64,000 nucleotides of DNA, from the IMG/VR virus record IMGVR_UViG_3300027686_000002; one strand, 5' to 3'. The position numbers and the translations under genes are program-made. Positions within the stretch are counted from its first letter, which is position 1. Each line of letters begins with the position of its first letter. Positions 28,106 to 37,424 of the stretch are shown here, piece by piece. The notes below the pieces were generated by a model, which was not told where the DNA came from, did no database searches, and saw nothing but the letters and a program-made list of their open reading frames with translations. Origin of the DNA: an uncultured virus (IMG/VR IMGVR_UViG_3300027686_000002). Lineage: Duplodnaviria > Heunggongvirae > Uroviricota > Caudoviricetes.

Positions 28106-28834
28106 ATGAATGAAATAGAAGAACAGTACGGAGAAACAAACCCACTAAAAGAGTTGAAGTTTATTCAATCATTGGGTGAAGCACGTATGTTTAAAACAAG
28201 AACACAAATTCAGCGCCAAGGTGCTAGAAGTATTACTGACCATTTATTTGTTAGTATGTTAAGCCTTTACGCTATGTCAAACGATTATAAGTTTGCACCA
28301 GAAGCAACAAAGTATGTTAAGCGTACTACTGCATTTGGTGGATTTAATAGAGCTAGTCCAAGTGGAACAGATTTGTATCAAACAATTTTCTCATTGAAAA
28401 AACCAGAAGGACTAAATGATGATCCTAAAGACAAATTACTTTTAAACAAAGTAAGAGTTGATGATCGTAGAATTAGAGCCTTTTTAAAGCAAATGGAATA
28501 TGGTAAGTTAAACCCAGGTTCCGTACAAGCATTTTTCTATAAACTAGAAAAAGACTTAGCTATCCAAGATCCAAAATTAAAAGCGGCAAGACGCTTAGTA
28601 GGTAGTTGGGACAACTTAACTACAAATCAACAACAGTTAGCAGCCACACAATTAAACAAGCATTTTAGACTTAATGCTAGACGCAGTGATTTGTTTCCAA
28701 TGTTTGGAAAATATGCAAATGACAAGAACTTGTTAATTGGCAGAGACGATAAGAAGTCAATAGGCGCTAGAGTAGCACGTGGTGCAGCAGCATTTGCGGC
28801 AGGTTACACTGCTGGCAAAATGACTGGTATGTAA
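28106..28834 (+). CDS. Hypothetical protein, probably head-associated
   Basis: Acidic leader ending LGE followed by basic body; AAGGA RBS. Confidence 0.55.
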   Translation: MNEIEEQYGETNPLKELKFIQSLGEARMFKTRTQIQRQGARSITDHLFVSMLSLYAMSNDYKFAPEATKYVKRTTAFGGFNRASPSGTDLYQTIFSLKKPEGLNDDPKDKLLLNKVRVDDRRIRAFLKQMEYGKLNPGSVQAFFYKLEKDLAIQDPKLKAARRLVGSWDNLTTNQQQLAATQLNKHFRLNARRSDLFPMFGKYANDKNLLIGRDDKKSIGARVARGAAAFAAGYTAGKMTGM

Positions 28835-28837
28835 GAT

Positions 28838-29293
28838 ATGGGCACAAGTAGACCTAACGAGGTTTTAACTGGATCCACTGATTTTTATACAATATGCACG
28901 TTAGTTGATATTACGGATACTGGAGTACTCACACCTAAAGATGATGCTAATGGGTACTTTGAAGCACAGAACTTAAATACTTTTATACAATGCATAAGTT
29001 TGCGTTCGCAACCTGTACTAAGTAGTGTAAGTAAGCTAGACGCAGTAGACTTATCGGATTACGAGTTTGGATCAAACTTTACTGGAATCCATGATGTTTG
29101 GGTGTTTAAGTTTGCAAGTGATACAGCAGATGCATGGAGAAGAGATACAAACCCTACATACGAACTAACAGAAGACTTTAACAAAACACCAATACACACA
29201 ATATTAGAAGAAACAGCGAACATTAATCCAGAGCAAATAGACACAAAGACAAATAATAAAAATACGTACTTTAAGTTCAGCGAAAACGTATAA
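28838..29293 (+). CDS. Hypothetical protein
   Basis: Operon packing; YTICTLVDITDTG start. Confidence 0.6.
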   Translation: MGTSRPNEVLTGSTDFYTICTLVDITDTGVLTPKDDANGYFEAQNLNTFIQCISLRSQPVLSSVSKLDAVDLSDYEFGSNFTGIHDVWVFKFASDTADAWRRDTNPTYELTEDFNKTPIHTILEETANINPEQIDTKTNNKNTYFKFSENV

Positions 29294-29373
29294 ATAGTAA
29301 TGTAAGTAACACGATTGTTGCTTTTTTAAATCAGCTCTTTTAAAGACGCTGCTAAAGATTGCGAGAGCAAAAT

Positions 29374-29658
29374 ATGGCAATGCAACAGTCAAGACTTGAG
29401 CGTGAAAATCTAGAGGCACATGTAGACTTATGTGCGGAGAGATATCGCGTGTTAGAAGAAAAATTAATCAGATTAGAGTCCAAAGTTGACGCTTTGGCAT
29501 CTGCTATGAATAAGGTAGCAGAGAAACAGACAGCGGCAACACTTGGTAGCAACAAGCTAGTAATTGGAGCAGCTGCAACAGTTATCGCCGGCTTGCTTTC
29601 AACAGTAGTATTGCTATTGTTAAATCTAAATACGGTCACGCCGTTAGTAGGTGGTTAA
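29374..29658 (+). CDS. Coiled-coil plus C-terminal transmembrane protein (holin/XhlA-like architecture)
   Basis: HVDLCAERY coiled coil then VIGAAATVIAGLLSTVVLLLL; TATAAATA promoter upstream. Confidence 0.5.
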   Translation: MAMQQSRLERENLEAHVDLCAERYRVLEEKLIRLESKVDALASAMNKVAEKQTAATLGSNKLVIGAAATVIAGLLSTVVLLLLNLNTVTPLVGG

Positions 29659-29946
29659 ATGTTACTTAACGAGTCATACAACACAATCGTTTCAGAAGCT
29701 AAAGTAGTTTTTGCTAAACGAGGAAATAGTGTAGCTAGAAAATTTAGATGCACAGTAGGACCACGTAAGGGACGAGTAGTAGCAAACCCAGGTCAATGTG
29801 CTGCTCCTATAAATCTTAAGAAAAGGTTTATATTAAAAAGAACAAAAAACGCTAAAGGTGCTAGAATGAACAAGAAGGCACAGAGGACTAAAAGATTAAG
29901 TCCTGCAAGTCGTATTGTAGCAAGATTAAATAAGGCTAGAGGATAA
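29659..29946 (+). CDS. Very basic small protein with short acidic leader
   Basis: MLLNESYNTIVSE then K/R-rich sequence with no further D/E. Confidence 0.65.
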   Translation: MLLNESYNTIVSEAKVVFAKRGNSVARKFRCTVGPRKGRVVANPGQCAAPINLKKRFILKRTKNAKGARMNKKAQRTKRLSPASRIVARLNKARG

Positions 29947-29950
29947 TAAC

Positions 29951-30463
29951 ATGGATGTAATAAACAACAGCACAATTGATACTGTAATAGATTTTGCAAA
30001 CGTAAAGTTTGGAATGGAGCTAACATCAGAAGATATTGTTGAACAATTAAAAGCGTTATCATTTTCACAAACTTTAAAACTATTGAGCTCAATGAAAAAT
30101 GATGAACCAGAAGAGTTCTCAGAAATTATAGATTTAAGTGCAATGAACGAAGCCGGATATGGCGGAGCAGGCACAGCGAATCCAAGTAGAGCTACTATTA
30201 GAGCTGGATCTGGAGACGTAGAAAATAGACGTGCTAACAACATAGCACAAGATCAAAACAGAGATTCAAGAACCCCAAACCGTACAGTAGCAGGCGCAAG
30301 TAAAACTGCCACTGGACAAGGTGCAAATAGAGCATCACCAAATGATGATCCAGATGATGTCCAACGTGGACAAAATGCACAACAAGGTGCAGAAAATGCC
30401 AACCAGGCAGCATATAATGCACAAGAAATTGAACGATTAAAACAACTAGCAGGCGCCAGATAA
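29951..30463 (+). CDS. Hypothetical head-associated protein
   Basis: Acidic helical N-half, low-complexity C-half, ends EIERLKQLAG. Confidence 0.55.
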   Translation: MDVINNSTIDTVIDFANVKFGMELTSEDIVEQLKALSFSQTLKLLSSMKNDEPEEFSEIIDLSAMNEAGYGGAGTANPSRATIRAGSGDVENRRANNIAQDQNRDSRTPNRTVAGASKTATGQGANRASPNDDPDDVQRGQNAQQGAENANQAAYNAQEIERLKQLAGAR

Positions 30464-30673
30464 ATGAAAACAATTGAAACGCCAGGCGGAATCCCAACAT
30501 TCTTATCACTAAGAGAAAACGAAATGTACGAAAACTTATTAGAACGTATATGTAAAACGGACCTATCTGAACGTGATAATTACTTAATTCAAAGTTTAGT
30601 TAACAAGAACATTGTTAGAAAAATAGTAGAGAATAATAAAGTATATTATGAACGAATGAAAGGGAGTCTATAA
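30464..30673 (+). CDS. Small hypothetical protein (possible winged helix)
   Basis: LSERDNYLIQSLVNKNIVRKI..KVYY; coupled to neighbours. Confidence 0.55.
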   Translation: MKTIETPGGIPTFLSLRENEMYENLLERICKTDLSERDNYLIQSLVNKNIVRKIVENNKVYYERMKGSL

Positions 30674-31290
30674 TGCCAACACCAGAAGTACAAGACATGA
30701 TGTCAATACTATCCAAGCTGAACGAAGTAGAAGCTATGGAAGTTTCACCTGCAACAAAAGCACAAAACTTAAAGAATGCACCTAAGCCAACTATACTAGC
30801 AAGCGTTAGTAAAGATGCAGTAGGAATGCTATCAATTCTAGAAAAGTTTGAGAAGGCTACAACATCAGCTACTAAACAAGTTATTACTGAATCAAAGCAT
30901 GACGTATCTTTACTAAGTGCTTCAAAAGTCAATGATACTGTAGCAGTAGGCAGGTATGAAGTTGTACTTGAAAAGGCAACAGTAGTGCCGGGTATAAAGA
31001 AAACATTTTATAATATCAAAGAAGGTAACGAAACGTTATATAGTCAAGTAGCATTGTTTGAAACTGCTATGGGTATCGTTAAAGGTTTACTATTTGGTAA
31101 TACAATCAATATTGATAAGTTATTAGACTTAGATAATAGATATGCTAGTAACTTAGCGGAAGCGGCAATGTTTAGGGTTAAAACCAAGACTCTTAAAGAA
31201 GGTTATAAACTTGATATTGCAATTACAAAACAACAGGCAGCGGTGTCGAAGATGAGTAGTTTGAAAAAACAAATCAAATCGGCCCTTTGA
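30673..31290 (+). CDS. Hypothetical protein
   Basis: GGGAG RBS, translational coupling. Confidence 0.6.
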   Translation: MPTPEVQDMMSILSKLNEVEAMEVSPATKAQNLKNAPKPTILASVSKDAVGMLSILEKFEKATTSATKQVITESKHDVSLLSASKVNDTVAVGRYEVVLEKATVVPGIKKTFYNIKEGNETLYSQVALFETAMGIVKGLLFGNTINIDKLLDLDNRYASNLAEAAMFRVKTKTLKEGYKLDIAITKQQAAVSKMSSLKKQIKSAL

Positions 31291-31333
31291 GCATAAATAC
31301 ATTATATAACAAAAACCTAGTGGGGTAAAAAAT

Positions 31334-32116
31334 ATGGAATTAAAACATTTAGAAGGAACTAGACTAACCAAGTTAGATAAAGTTCTAAACGAAGTATTCG
31401 GTATGAAATTTGACTTTGCGGCAGGAAATGCCAAATTAGCAAAGGTTAAAGTAGCAACTGAAACTAAAATTACAAAGCTACGTGAAAGTGGCATTGAAGT
31501 AAGTGACAAGCGATATCAGAAGTTATTGCTAGTACTAGAAGGTATAAACACAGCTATGAAAACAAACATTTTAAAAGAAGACGAACTAGCTTCAGCTGAA
31601 GTCCTACTAGCCGCAAAACAAATGGCAGACGATCTACAGAAAATGGCTGAAAATTTAGCTAGTATGCAAGTAGAAGAGTTAATGAGCATTACCAATGCAA
31701 TGAAAGAAGAAGTTGGCGTAGCAGAAGCAGATGCATTTACAGCATCAGCAGAAGCAGCAATTGGTTCAGCTTTGGAAGCAGTTAAGGCAGCAAACGCACA
31801 GGTTGCAGACGCTGTATTAGTAGCTCAAGGCCAAGCACCAGAAACAGACATGGGTATGGATGATGGAATGGACGCAGACATGGATGCTACAATGGAACCA
31901 GAAATGGGACTAGACGCACCGATGGATGTTGACGCAGAAGCACCAATGGATGACTTTGAAGGCGCAGACGCGGCAAGTGCAGAATCAGACGTAGATGGAA
32001 GAGAAATGAAAGAAGATTCATATCTAACTGCATTACGTATGGTAAAAGAAGCACAGGCAGACGGCAAAGTTAATAAAGAAATTTTAAAGCAAGCATTTGC
32101 GGTTTTAAAGAAGTAG
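31334..32116 (+). CDS. Scaffold/prohead-core-like protein
   Basis: Late promoter; Ala-rich coiled coil, M/D-rich acidic linker, LRE/LKE/MKE sites. Confidence 0.5.
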   Translation: MELKHLEGTRLTKLDKVLNEVFGMKFDFAAGNAKLAKVKVATETKITKLRESGIEVSDKRYQKLLLVLEGINTAMKTNILKEDELASAEVLLAAKQMADDLQKMAENLASMQVEELMSITNAMKEEVGVAEADAFTASAEAAIGSALEAVKAANAQVADAVLVAQGQAPETDMGMDDGMDADMDATMEPEMGLDAPMDVDAEAPMDDFEGADAASAESDVDGREMKEDSYLTALRMVKEAQADGKVNKEILKQAFAVLKK

Positions 32117-32117
32117 T

Positions 32118-32444
32118 ATGAGATACGCTGACCTAATGGAAATCTCTTCGGTAGACTCTAAAGTAATAGATCTCTTATCGATATTAAGCAGCGAAGGTGT
32201 TGAAAGTATACCTATAGATGCATTAGTTAAAGAACTTGTATCTATGGGCATTGATGCAGACGATCAGAGTTTGTTCGATGAATTACAGAATTTGCCTATC
32301 GTTAACAACATTAAAGATGGCGTAGTTTATTTTAACACAGCGAGTATGGGTGCGTCTAACCTTAACAAGGTGGATCCAGAAAAAGGTAATAAACAAGTTA
32401 AGGCGATGGCTAAGAAGCAAGTAGATAAAGAGTTAAACAAATGA
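32118..32444 (+). CDS. Hypothetical protein with MRYADLME leader
   Basis: Operon packing. Confidence 0.55.
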   Translation: MRYADLMEISSVDSKVIDLLSILSSEGVESIPIDALVKELVSMGIDADDQSLFDELQNLPIVNNIKDGVVYFNTASMGASNLNKVDPEKGNKQVKAMAKKQVDKELNK

Positions 32445-33055
32445 GTGTAGGATTGAACGCAGCACAGGCAAGGGCAAAAGCATCACAAGATATGATTGTG
32501 TTTAATGAAACACAGGCTATCATGAAGCAAGTAATCACTGAAAGTTCTTCAGGCAATTTCGAAGCGTATGTAGATGATACTACAACAATGACACTGTCAA
32601 CTCCAAGTGCAAATAAAATTGGAACAATAAACACACCAACTGTCTCTAATGGAGACACTGTTATTATAAATGCACAGACAATCACACTAGGTACTACAGG
32701 AACCTCACTTAATGCAGTAGTTAGTGATATTAATGATGCAGGAGTAGCTGGAATTACAGCTAGTAAAGATGCAGGATATTTGGTATTAACTATAGAAGCA
32801 TCAGCAAACGCATGGAATTATATAATTGGTGCAGGCACAGCAAATACTTCACTAGGTATTACTGCTGGCACGTACAGTATAACACATCCAACTAGTGTTA
32901 GCTATTTTAATGTATGGCAAGGTACTGCAATTGACAGAGGATTGCAAAACCAAATGGAATCAGTAATTAAGCATTTTCAAAACTTAGGTTATAAGTTAGA
33001 GAGACTTACTAATTCTACTACTAGTAATACATTGAAATGGTACATTTACTGGTAA
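32441..33055 (+). CDS. Probable virion structural protein
   Basis: Thr/Gly-rich beta domain (GDTVIINAQTITL..INDAGVAGITAS). Confidence 0.5.
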   Translation: MSVGLNAAQARAKASQDMIVFNETQAIMKQVITESSSGNFEAYVDDTTTMTLSTPSANKIGTINTPTVSNGDTVIINAQTITLGTTGTSLNAVVSDINDAGVAGITASKDAGYLVLTIEASANAWNYIIGAGTANTSLGITAGTYSITHPTSVSYFNVWQGTAIDRGLQNQMESVIKHFQNLGYKLERLTNSTTSNTLKWYIYW

Positions 33056-33065
33056 GGAGTTACTA

Positions 33066-33869
33066 TTGAAAATAGCCTTTATAGGTGATAGCTTCTCAGC
33101 TTATCATCAAGATGGACAGTATAAAAATAGCTGGACATATCAACTTTCCCAACAATTCCCACAACACGAATATCATAATTATGCTTGCGGCGGCAGAGGA
33201 TATGACTATTATCAATGGTGTTTACTTGATGCAAAAATACAACATGATGTAGACCTTATTTTTACTAATAGAACATTTAATCATAGAGTAGGTAAGCTAT
33301 GGGGCAATCAAACGTTTAGGTTTGAAATTGATAAAATTGGTCAAGATAAACATATGTACTTTGCTAATACAGGAGCCGAATATAACAATAGAAGATATGA
33401 AGGTTTTGAAATATCTGATAACTACACATGTTGGAACCCAAATAAAGAAATATGGTATAGTGCTGGATTACACGAAAGAGTTAATATTATGTCTAATCCT
33501 AAAAAAGTACATCCTATGGAAGCCGGGTTTCTATTTGGATTGCAAGATGAGAGCAGTTCAGAGCATAAGCAAAGTTATAATGATCAATGGTACGATAATA
33601 TGCATAATTTGTACAACTTTAAGCATATAATAAAACTTGAATTATTGCATATGTCCGGTAATTTGCCCAGTGCGACAAAAGCAATGTATGCCGCACATGG
33701 AATTAACAAAGGTGGTTTAAAACCTTTTAAAGAAGAACAACTAGAATGTTTTAAAGCAGGATTAATAGTATCTCCAACAGATGATCACTGGAGTAGACAA
33801 GGTAACATGTGGGCATTAAAAAATTATATATTAACTAAAGAAACCATTGACATCCTCTCAGAAGTATAG
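33066..33869 (+). CDS. SGNH/GDSL-like hydrolase family protein
   Basis: IAFIGDSFS block I, NYACGGRG block II, DDHWS block V; TTG start after AAGGAG. Confidence 0.65.
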   Translation: MKIAFIGDSFSAYHQDGQYKNSWTYQLSQQFPQHEYHNYACGGRGYDYYQWCLLDAKIQHDVDLIFTNRTFNHRVGKLWGNQTFRFEIDKIGQDKHMYFANTGAEYNNRRYEGFEISDNYTCWNPNKEIWYSAGLHERVNIMSNPKKVHPMEAGFLFGLQDESSSEHKQSYNDQWYDNMHNLYNFKHIIKLELLHMSGNLPSATKAMYAAHGINKGGLKPFKEEQLECFKAGLIVSPTDDHWSRQGNMWALKNYILTKETIDILSEV

Positions 33870-33875
33870 TATTAT
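33847..33875 (+). promoter_or_regulatory. Sigma70 promoter, probable leaderless exonuclease transcript
   Basis: TTGACA-17 nt-TATTAT; ATG begins 7 nt after the -10. Confidence 0.7.
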
Positions 33876-33881
33876 ATATAC

Positions 33882-34571
33882 ATGCTTAAATTAACTAATC
33901 CCTATCCGTATAAAGAATTAACTCGTAAGAGCGTAGATGGCCAAAGACTGTATGAAAACCCATGGGGTGATCCAGTTCCGAGTGTTACTACCATCCTTAG
34001 TGCTACACAACCAGCAGAGAAGCGTAAAGCTCTTGCAAACTGGCGTAAACGTGTAGGAACAGAAGAAGCTCAACGTGTAACTACAACCGCCGCTAATCGT
34101 GGAACGGTTATGCACAACATCCTAGAACATTGGGCACTTGGACAGTATGACACATACAATCCAGGAAATAACATTGTTCATAGACAAGCTAAGAAAATGG
34201 CAGATGTTGTTATTGAAAATATTGAACCAGATATCCAAGAAATATGGGGTACTGAAGTTATGCTTTGTTTGCCACAGCTATATGCTGGTACTACTGACTT
34301 AGTTGGTATGTATAAAGGTAAGCAAACTATCATGGACTTTAAACAAACTAATAAACCTAAAAAACGTGAATGGATCGATGATTATTTCATGCAAGGAGCT
34401 GCATATGCATTAGCACATAACGAAATGTTTGAAACAAAGATTGAGAACATTGCAATCTTTATGTGTAGTGGAGATTTAGAGTTTCAACTGTTTGAATCAG
34501 ACGCCGCAGAGTTTAAAGATTGGGAAATTAAATGGTCGAAACGAGTAGCTCAGTTCTACAACGTATCATAA
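33882..34571 (+). CDS. PD-(D/E)xK exonuclease
   Basis: PSVTTIL, RGTVMH, E..YAGTTD..IMDFK, Q..AYA. Confidence 0.85.
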   Translation: MLKLTNPYPYKELTRKSVDGQRLYENPWGDPVPSVTTILSATQPAEKRKALANWRKRVGTEEAQRVTTTAANRGTVMHNILEHWALGQYDTYNPGNNIVHRQAKKMADVVIENIEPDIQEIWGTEVMLCLPQLYAGTTDLVGMYKGKQTIMDFKQTNKPKKREWIDDYFMQGAAYALAHNEMFETKIENIAIFMCSGDLEFQLFESDAAEFKDWEIKWSKRVAQFYNVS

Positions 34572-34595
34572 ATATATACAAGTAAAGTACAACAA

Positions 34596-35030
34596 ATGAA
34601 AGACACATGGCAACTATCTTTGAAAGAACGACTCAAGCGATGGCGTCTTTTGAGATCAGAAGTTAAAGAACTACCAAGCACTAGCGAGAAGGTTACAAAG
34701 GTTTTAGATTTTTGGAAATCAACACCGGTAAGTGCAAGAGCAATGGACCCATACGATAATAGCACATGGCTTAGTCCTTGGGAACTATTAGAAGAGAATG
34801 TATATGACGACAATAGTATTTCGTTAATGATGGCATATACTCTACAGTACAGCAACACACCTACTAGATTGTTGCTTGTACAAGATGTGGATAATAGTGA
34901 AATAAAGTTAATAGTTTTAGTTGACAATAAGTATGTAATCAACTATAATTATAACACAATAGATACGTTAGATTCAATTGGCAATGTAAATATTTTAGAA
35001 GATATTGACGTTACACAGTTAACCAAATAG
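34596..35030 (+). CDS. Hypothetical protein (transglutaminase-like pattern lacking Cys)
   Basis: WLSPWELLEENVYDDNSISLMMAYTL; no Cys in the protein. Confidence 0.45.
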   Translation: MKDTWQLSLKERLKRWRLLRSEVKELPSTSEKVTKVLDFWKSTPVSARAMDPYDNSTWLSPWELLEENVYDDNSISLMMAYTLQYSNTPTRLLLVQDVDNSEIKLIVLVDNKYVINYNYNTIDTLDSIGNVNILEDIDVTQLTK

Positions 35031-35102
35031 TTATTAGATATAAACACAAGTTAAATACAATACTGTTTGATACAGAACAAAAACAACATATGGACGAGAT
35101 AA

Positions 35103-37406
35103 ATGAGTAAAAATATTATTATAGCAAAAAGAGACGGTTCAAAGGAAGAATTAGATTTAGAAAAAATGCATAAAGTAGTTTTTTATGCATGTGAAGGTGT
35201 TACAGGAGTTAGTGCTAGTGAAGTCGAAATTAAGAGCCACATATCTTTTTATAATGGTATTGAAACAAAAGACGTACAAGAAACATTAATTAAGTCTGCT
35301 GCAGATCTTATCTCAGAAGAGACACCTAATTATCAATGGGTAGCAGGACGTTTAATTAATTATCATTTGCGAAAAATAGTATACAACTCATTTGAACCAG
35401 ACCACTTGCGTGATATAGCTCGTAAGAATGTTGATCTAGGCATATACGACGAAGCATTTTTTACTTTTTATAATGACGAAGAAGTTGAACAACTAAACAC
35501 ATTTATTAAACATGATCGAGATGAAAATATTGCTTATGTTGGAATGGAACAGTTTAGAGGAAAGTACCTAGCACAAAATCGTGCTACTGGAATGATTTAC
35601 GAAACACCGCAAGTTGCATATATGATGATATCAGCAACGTTGTTTAGTACATATCCAAAAGAAACACGTATGAAATATGTAAAGGATTTTTATGATGCTA
35701 TTAGCAACTTTGATATCAGTTTACCTACTCCTATCATGGCTGGGTTACGCACTCCACAAAGGCAGTTTTCAAGTTGTGTCCTTATCGAAACTGACGATAG
35801 CCTCGATAGTATTAATTCTACTGTTAGTAGCATTGTCAAGTACGTAAGTCAAAAAGCAGGCATTGGTATTGGCGCAGGAAGTATTCGTTCTATTGGTTCA
35901 CCTATTAGACGTGGAGATGCTACACATACAGGCGTTATTCCGTTCTACAAATTATTTCAAAGTGCAGTAAAGTCATGTAGCCAAGGTGGTGTACGTGGTG
36001 GGGCGGCTACATTGTATTATCCAATTTGGCACTTAGAAGCAGAAGAATTACTTGTGTTAAAAAACAATAAAGGTACAGAAGACAATCGTGTTCGTCATAT
36101 GGATTACGGTGTACAGTTTAACAAGTTAATGTACGAACGTTTAATGACTGGCGGAGATATTACTTTATTCTCACCTAGTGACGTTCCTGGCCTATACGAA
36201 GCCTTTTTTAACGATCAAGAAAAATTTAAAGAATTATACGAAGAAGCAGAGCGTACAGTTACTAGGAAGAAGACTCTAAGAGCTTCGGACGTTTTTGGTA
36301 CGTTTATGGAAGAACGTAAAAACACAGGACGCATTTACTTACAAAATGTTGATCATGCAAATACACATGGAGCATTTGATGAGCAGGTTGCACCTATTAA
36401 ACAAAGTAACTTATGTTGTGAAATTAACTTACCAACTAAGCCTTTAAAGCATTTCCATGACGAAGAAGGCGAAATTAGCCTTTGTACATTAAGTGCTATT
36501 AATTGGGGTAACATTAAGTCACCTAAAGACTTTGAACGTGTATGTAACTTAGCAGTTAGAGCATTAGATGAGTTATTAGATTATCAGAACTATCCCGTTA
36601 TTGCCGCCGAACTAAGTACTATGAAACGTAGACCACTTGGTGTTGGTATTATTAACTTTGCGTTCTGGTTAGCTAAGAATGACTTAAACTATCAAGACAT
36701 TGACTCAGCAGGATTAGCAAAGATAGATGAATGGACAGAAGCATGGAGTTATTACTTAATTAAAGCAAGTGCAGACTTAGCTATTGAAAAAGGTAATATT
36801 ACCGGCGTTATGGAAACTAAGTATGGACTAGGTATTACACCTAACATGACATACAAAAAAGAGGTAGATGAATTAGTGCCTCATAAAGAACGTCAAGATT
36901 GGAAAGGACTACGCAAGCAACTAAAAGAAACAGGTATACGTAATTCTACTTTAATGGCGCTTATGCCAGCTGAAACTTCAGCACAAATTAGTAACAGCAC
37001 AAACGGAATAGAGCCACCACGTGCATTCGTTAGTGTAAAGCAAAGTAAACACGGAGTACTCAAACAAGTAGTTCCAGGTTATCCACGCTTAAAGAACAAA
37101 TATGACCTACTGTGGACGCAACGTAGCCCAGAAGGTTATTTAAAGATTATGGCTGTATTACAAAAGTATATTGATCAAGGTATCAGCGTTAATACAAGCT
37201 ATAACCCAGAATTTTATGAAGATGAAAAAATACCAATGTCTACAATGCTACAGCATCTAGTTATGTTTTATAAGTATGGCGGAAAGCAATTATACTATTT
37301 TAATACATATGATGGCCAAGGCGAGATAGACGTAACAAGTGAAAATTTAGAAGACTTACCGCAAGGCATCATCGATGATGACGATTGCGATAGTTGTGTA
37401 ATTTAA
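35103..37406 (+). CDS. nrdA: Ribonucleotide reductase class Ia alpha subunit
   Basis: ATP-cone (KRDG), PTPIMAG, QFSSCVL, SNLCCEI, MPAETS, LYY, C-terminal CDSC. Confidence 0.97.
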   Translation: MSKNIIIAKRDGSKEELDLEKMHKVVFYACEGVTGVSASEVEIKSHISFYNGIETKDVQETLIKSAADLISEETPNYQWVAGRLINYHLRKIVYNSFEPDHLRDIARKNVDLGIYDEAFFTFYNDEEVEQLNTFIKHDRDENIAYVGMEQFRGKYLAQNRATGMIYETPQVAYMMISATLFSTYPKETRMKYVKDFYDAISNFDISLPTPIMAGLRTPQRQFSSCVLIETDDSLDSINSTVSSIVKYVSQKAGIGIGAGSIRSIGSPIRRGDATHTGVIPFYKLFQSAVKSCSQGGVRGGAATLYYPIWHLEAEELLVLKNNKGTEDNRVRHMDYGVQFNKLMYERLMTGGDITLFSPSDVPGLYEAFFNDQEKFKELYEEAERTVTRKKTLRASDVFGTFMEERKNTGRIYLQNVDHANTHGAFDEQVAPIKQSNLCCEINLPTKPLKHFHDEEGEISLCTLSAINWGNIKSPKDFERVCNLAVRALDELLDYQNYPVIAAELSTMKRRPLGVGIINFAFWLAKNDLNYQDIDSAGLAKIDEWTEAWSYYLIKASADLAIEKGNITGVMETKYGLGITPNMTYKKEVDELVPHKERQDWKGLRKQLKETGIRNSTLMALMPAETSAQISNSTNGIEPPRAFVSVKQSKHGVLKQVVPGYPRLKNKYDLLWTQRSPEGYLKIMAVLQKYIDQGISVNTSYNPEFYEDEKIPMSTMLQHLVMFYKYGGKQLYYFNTYDGQGEIDVTSENLEDLPQGIIDDDDCDSCVI

Positions 37407-37424
37407 AAGAGAAGATGAGAGATA

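Noticed and set aside
33882..34571. Exonuclease as Cas4
   Set aside because: Lacks the four-cysteine Fe-S motif and any CRISPR context; ordinary phage PD-(D/E)xK nuclease
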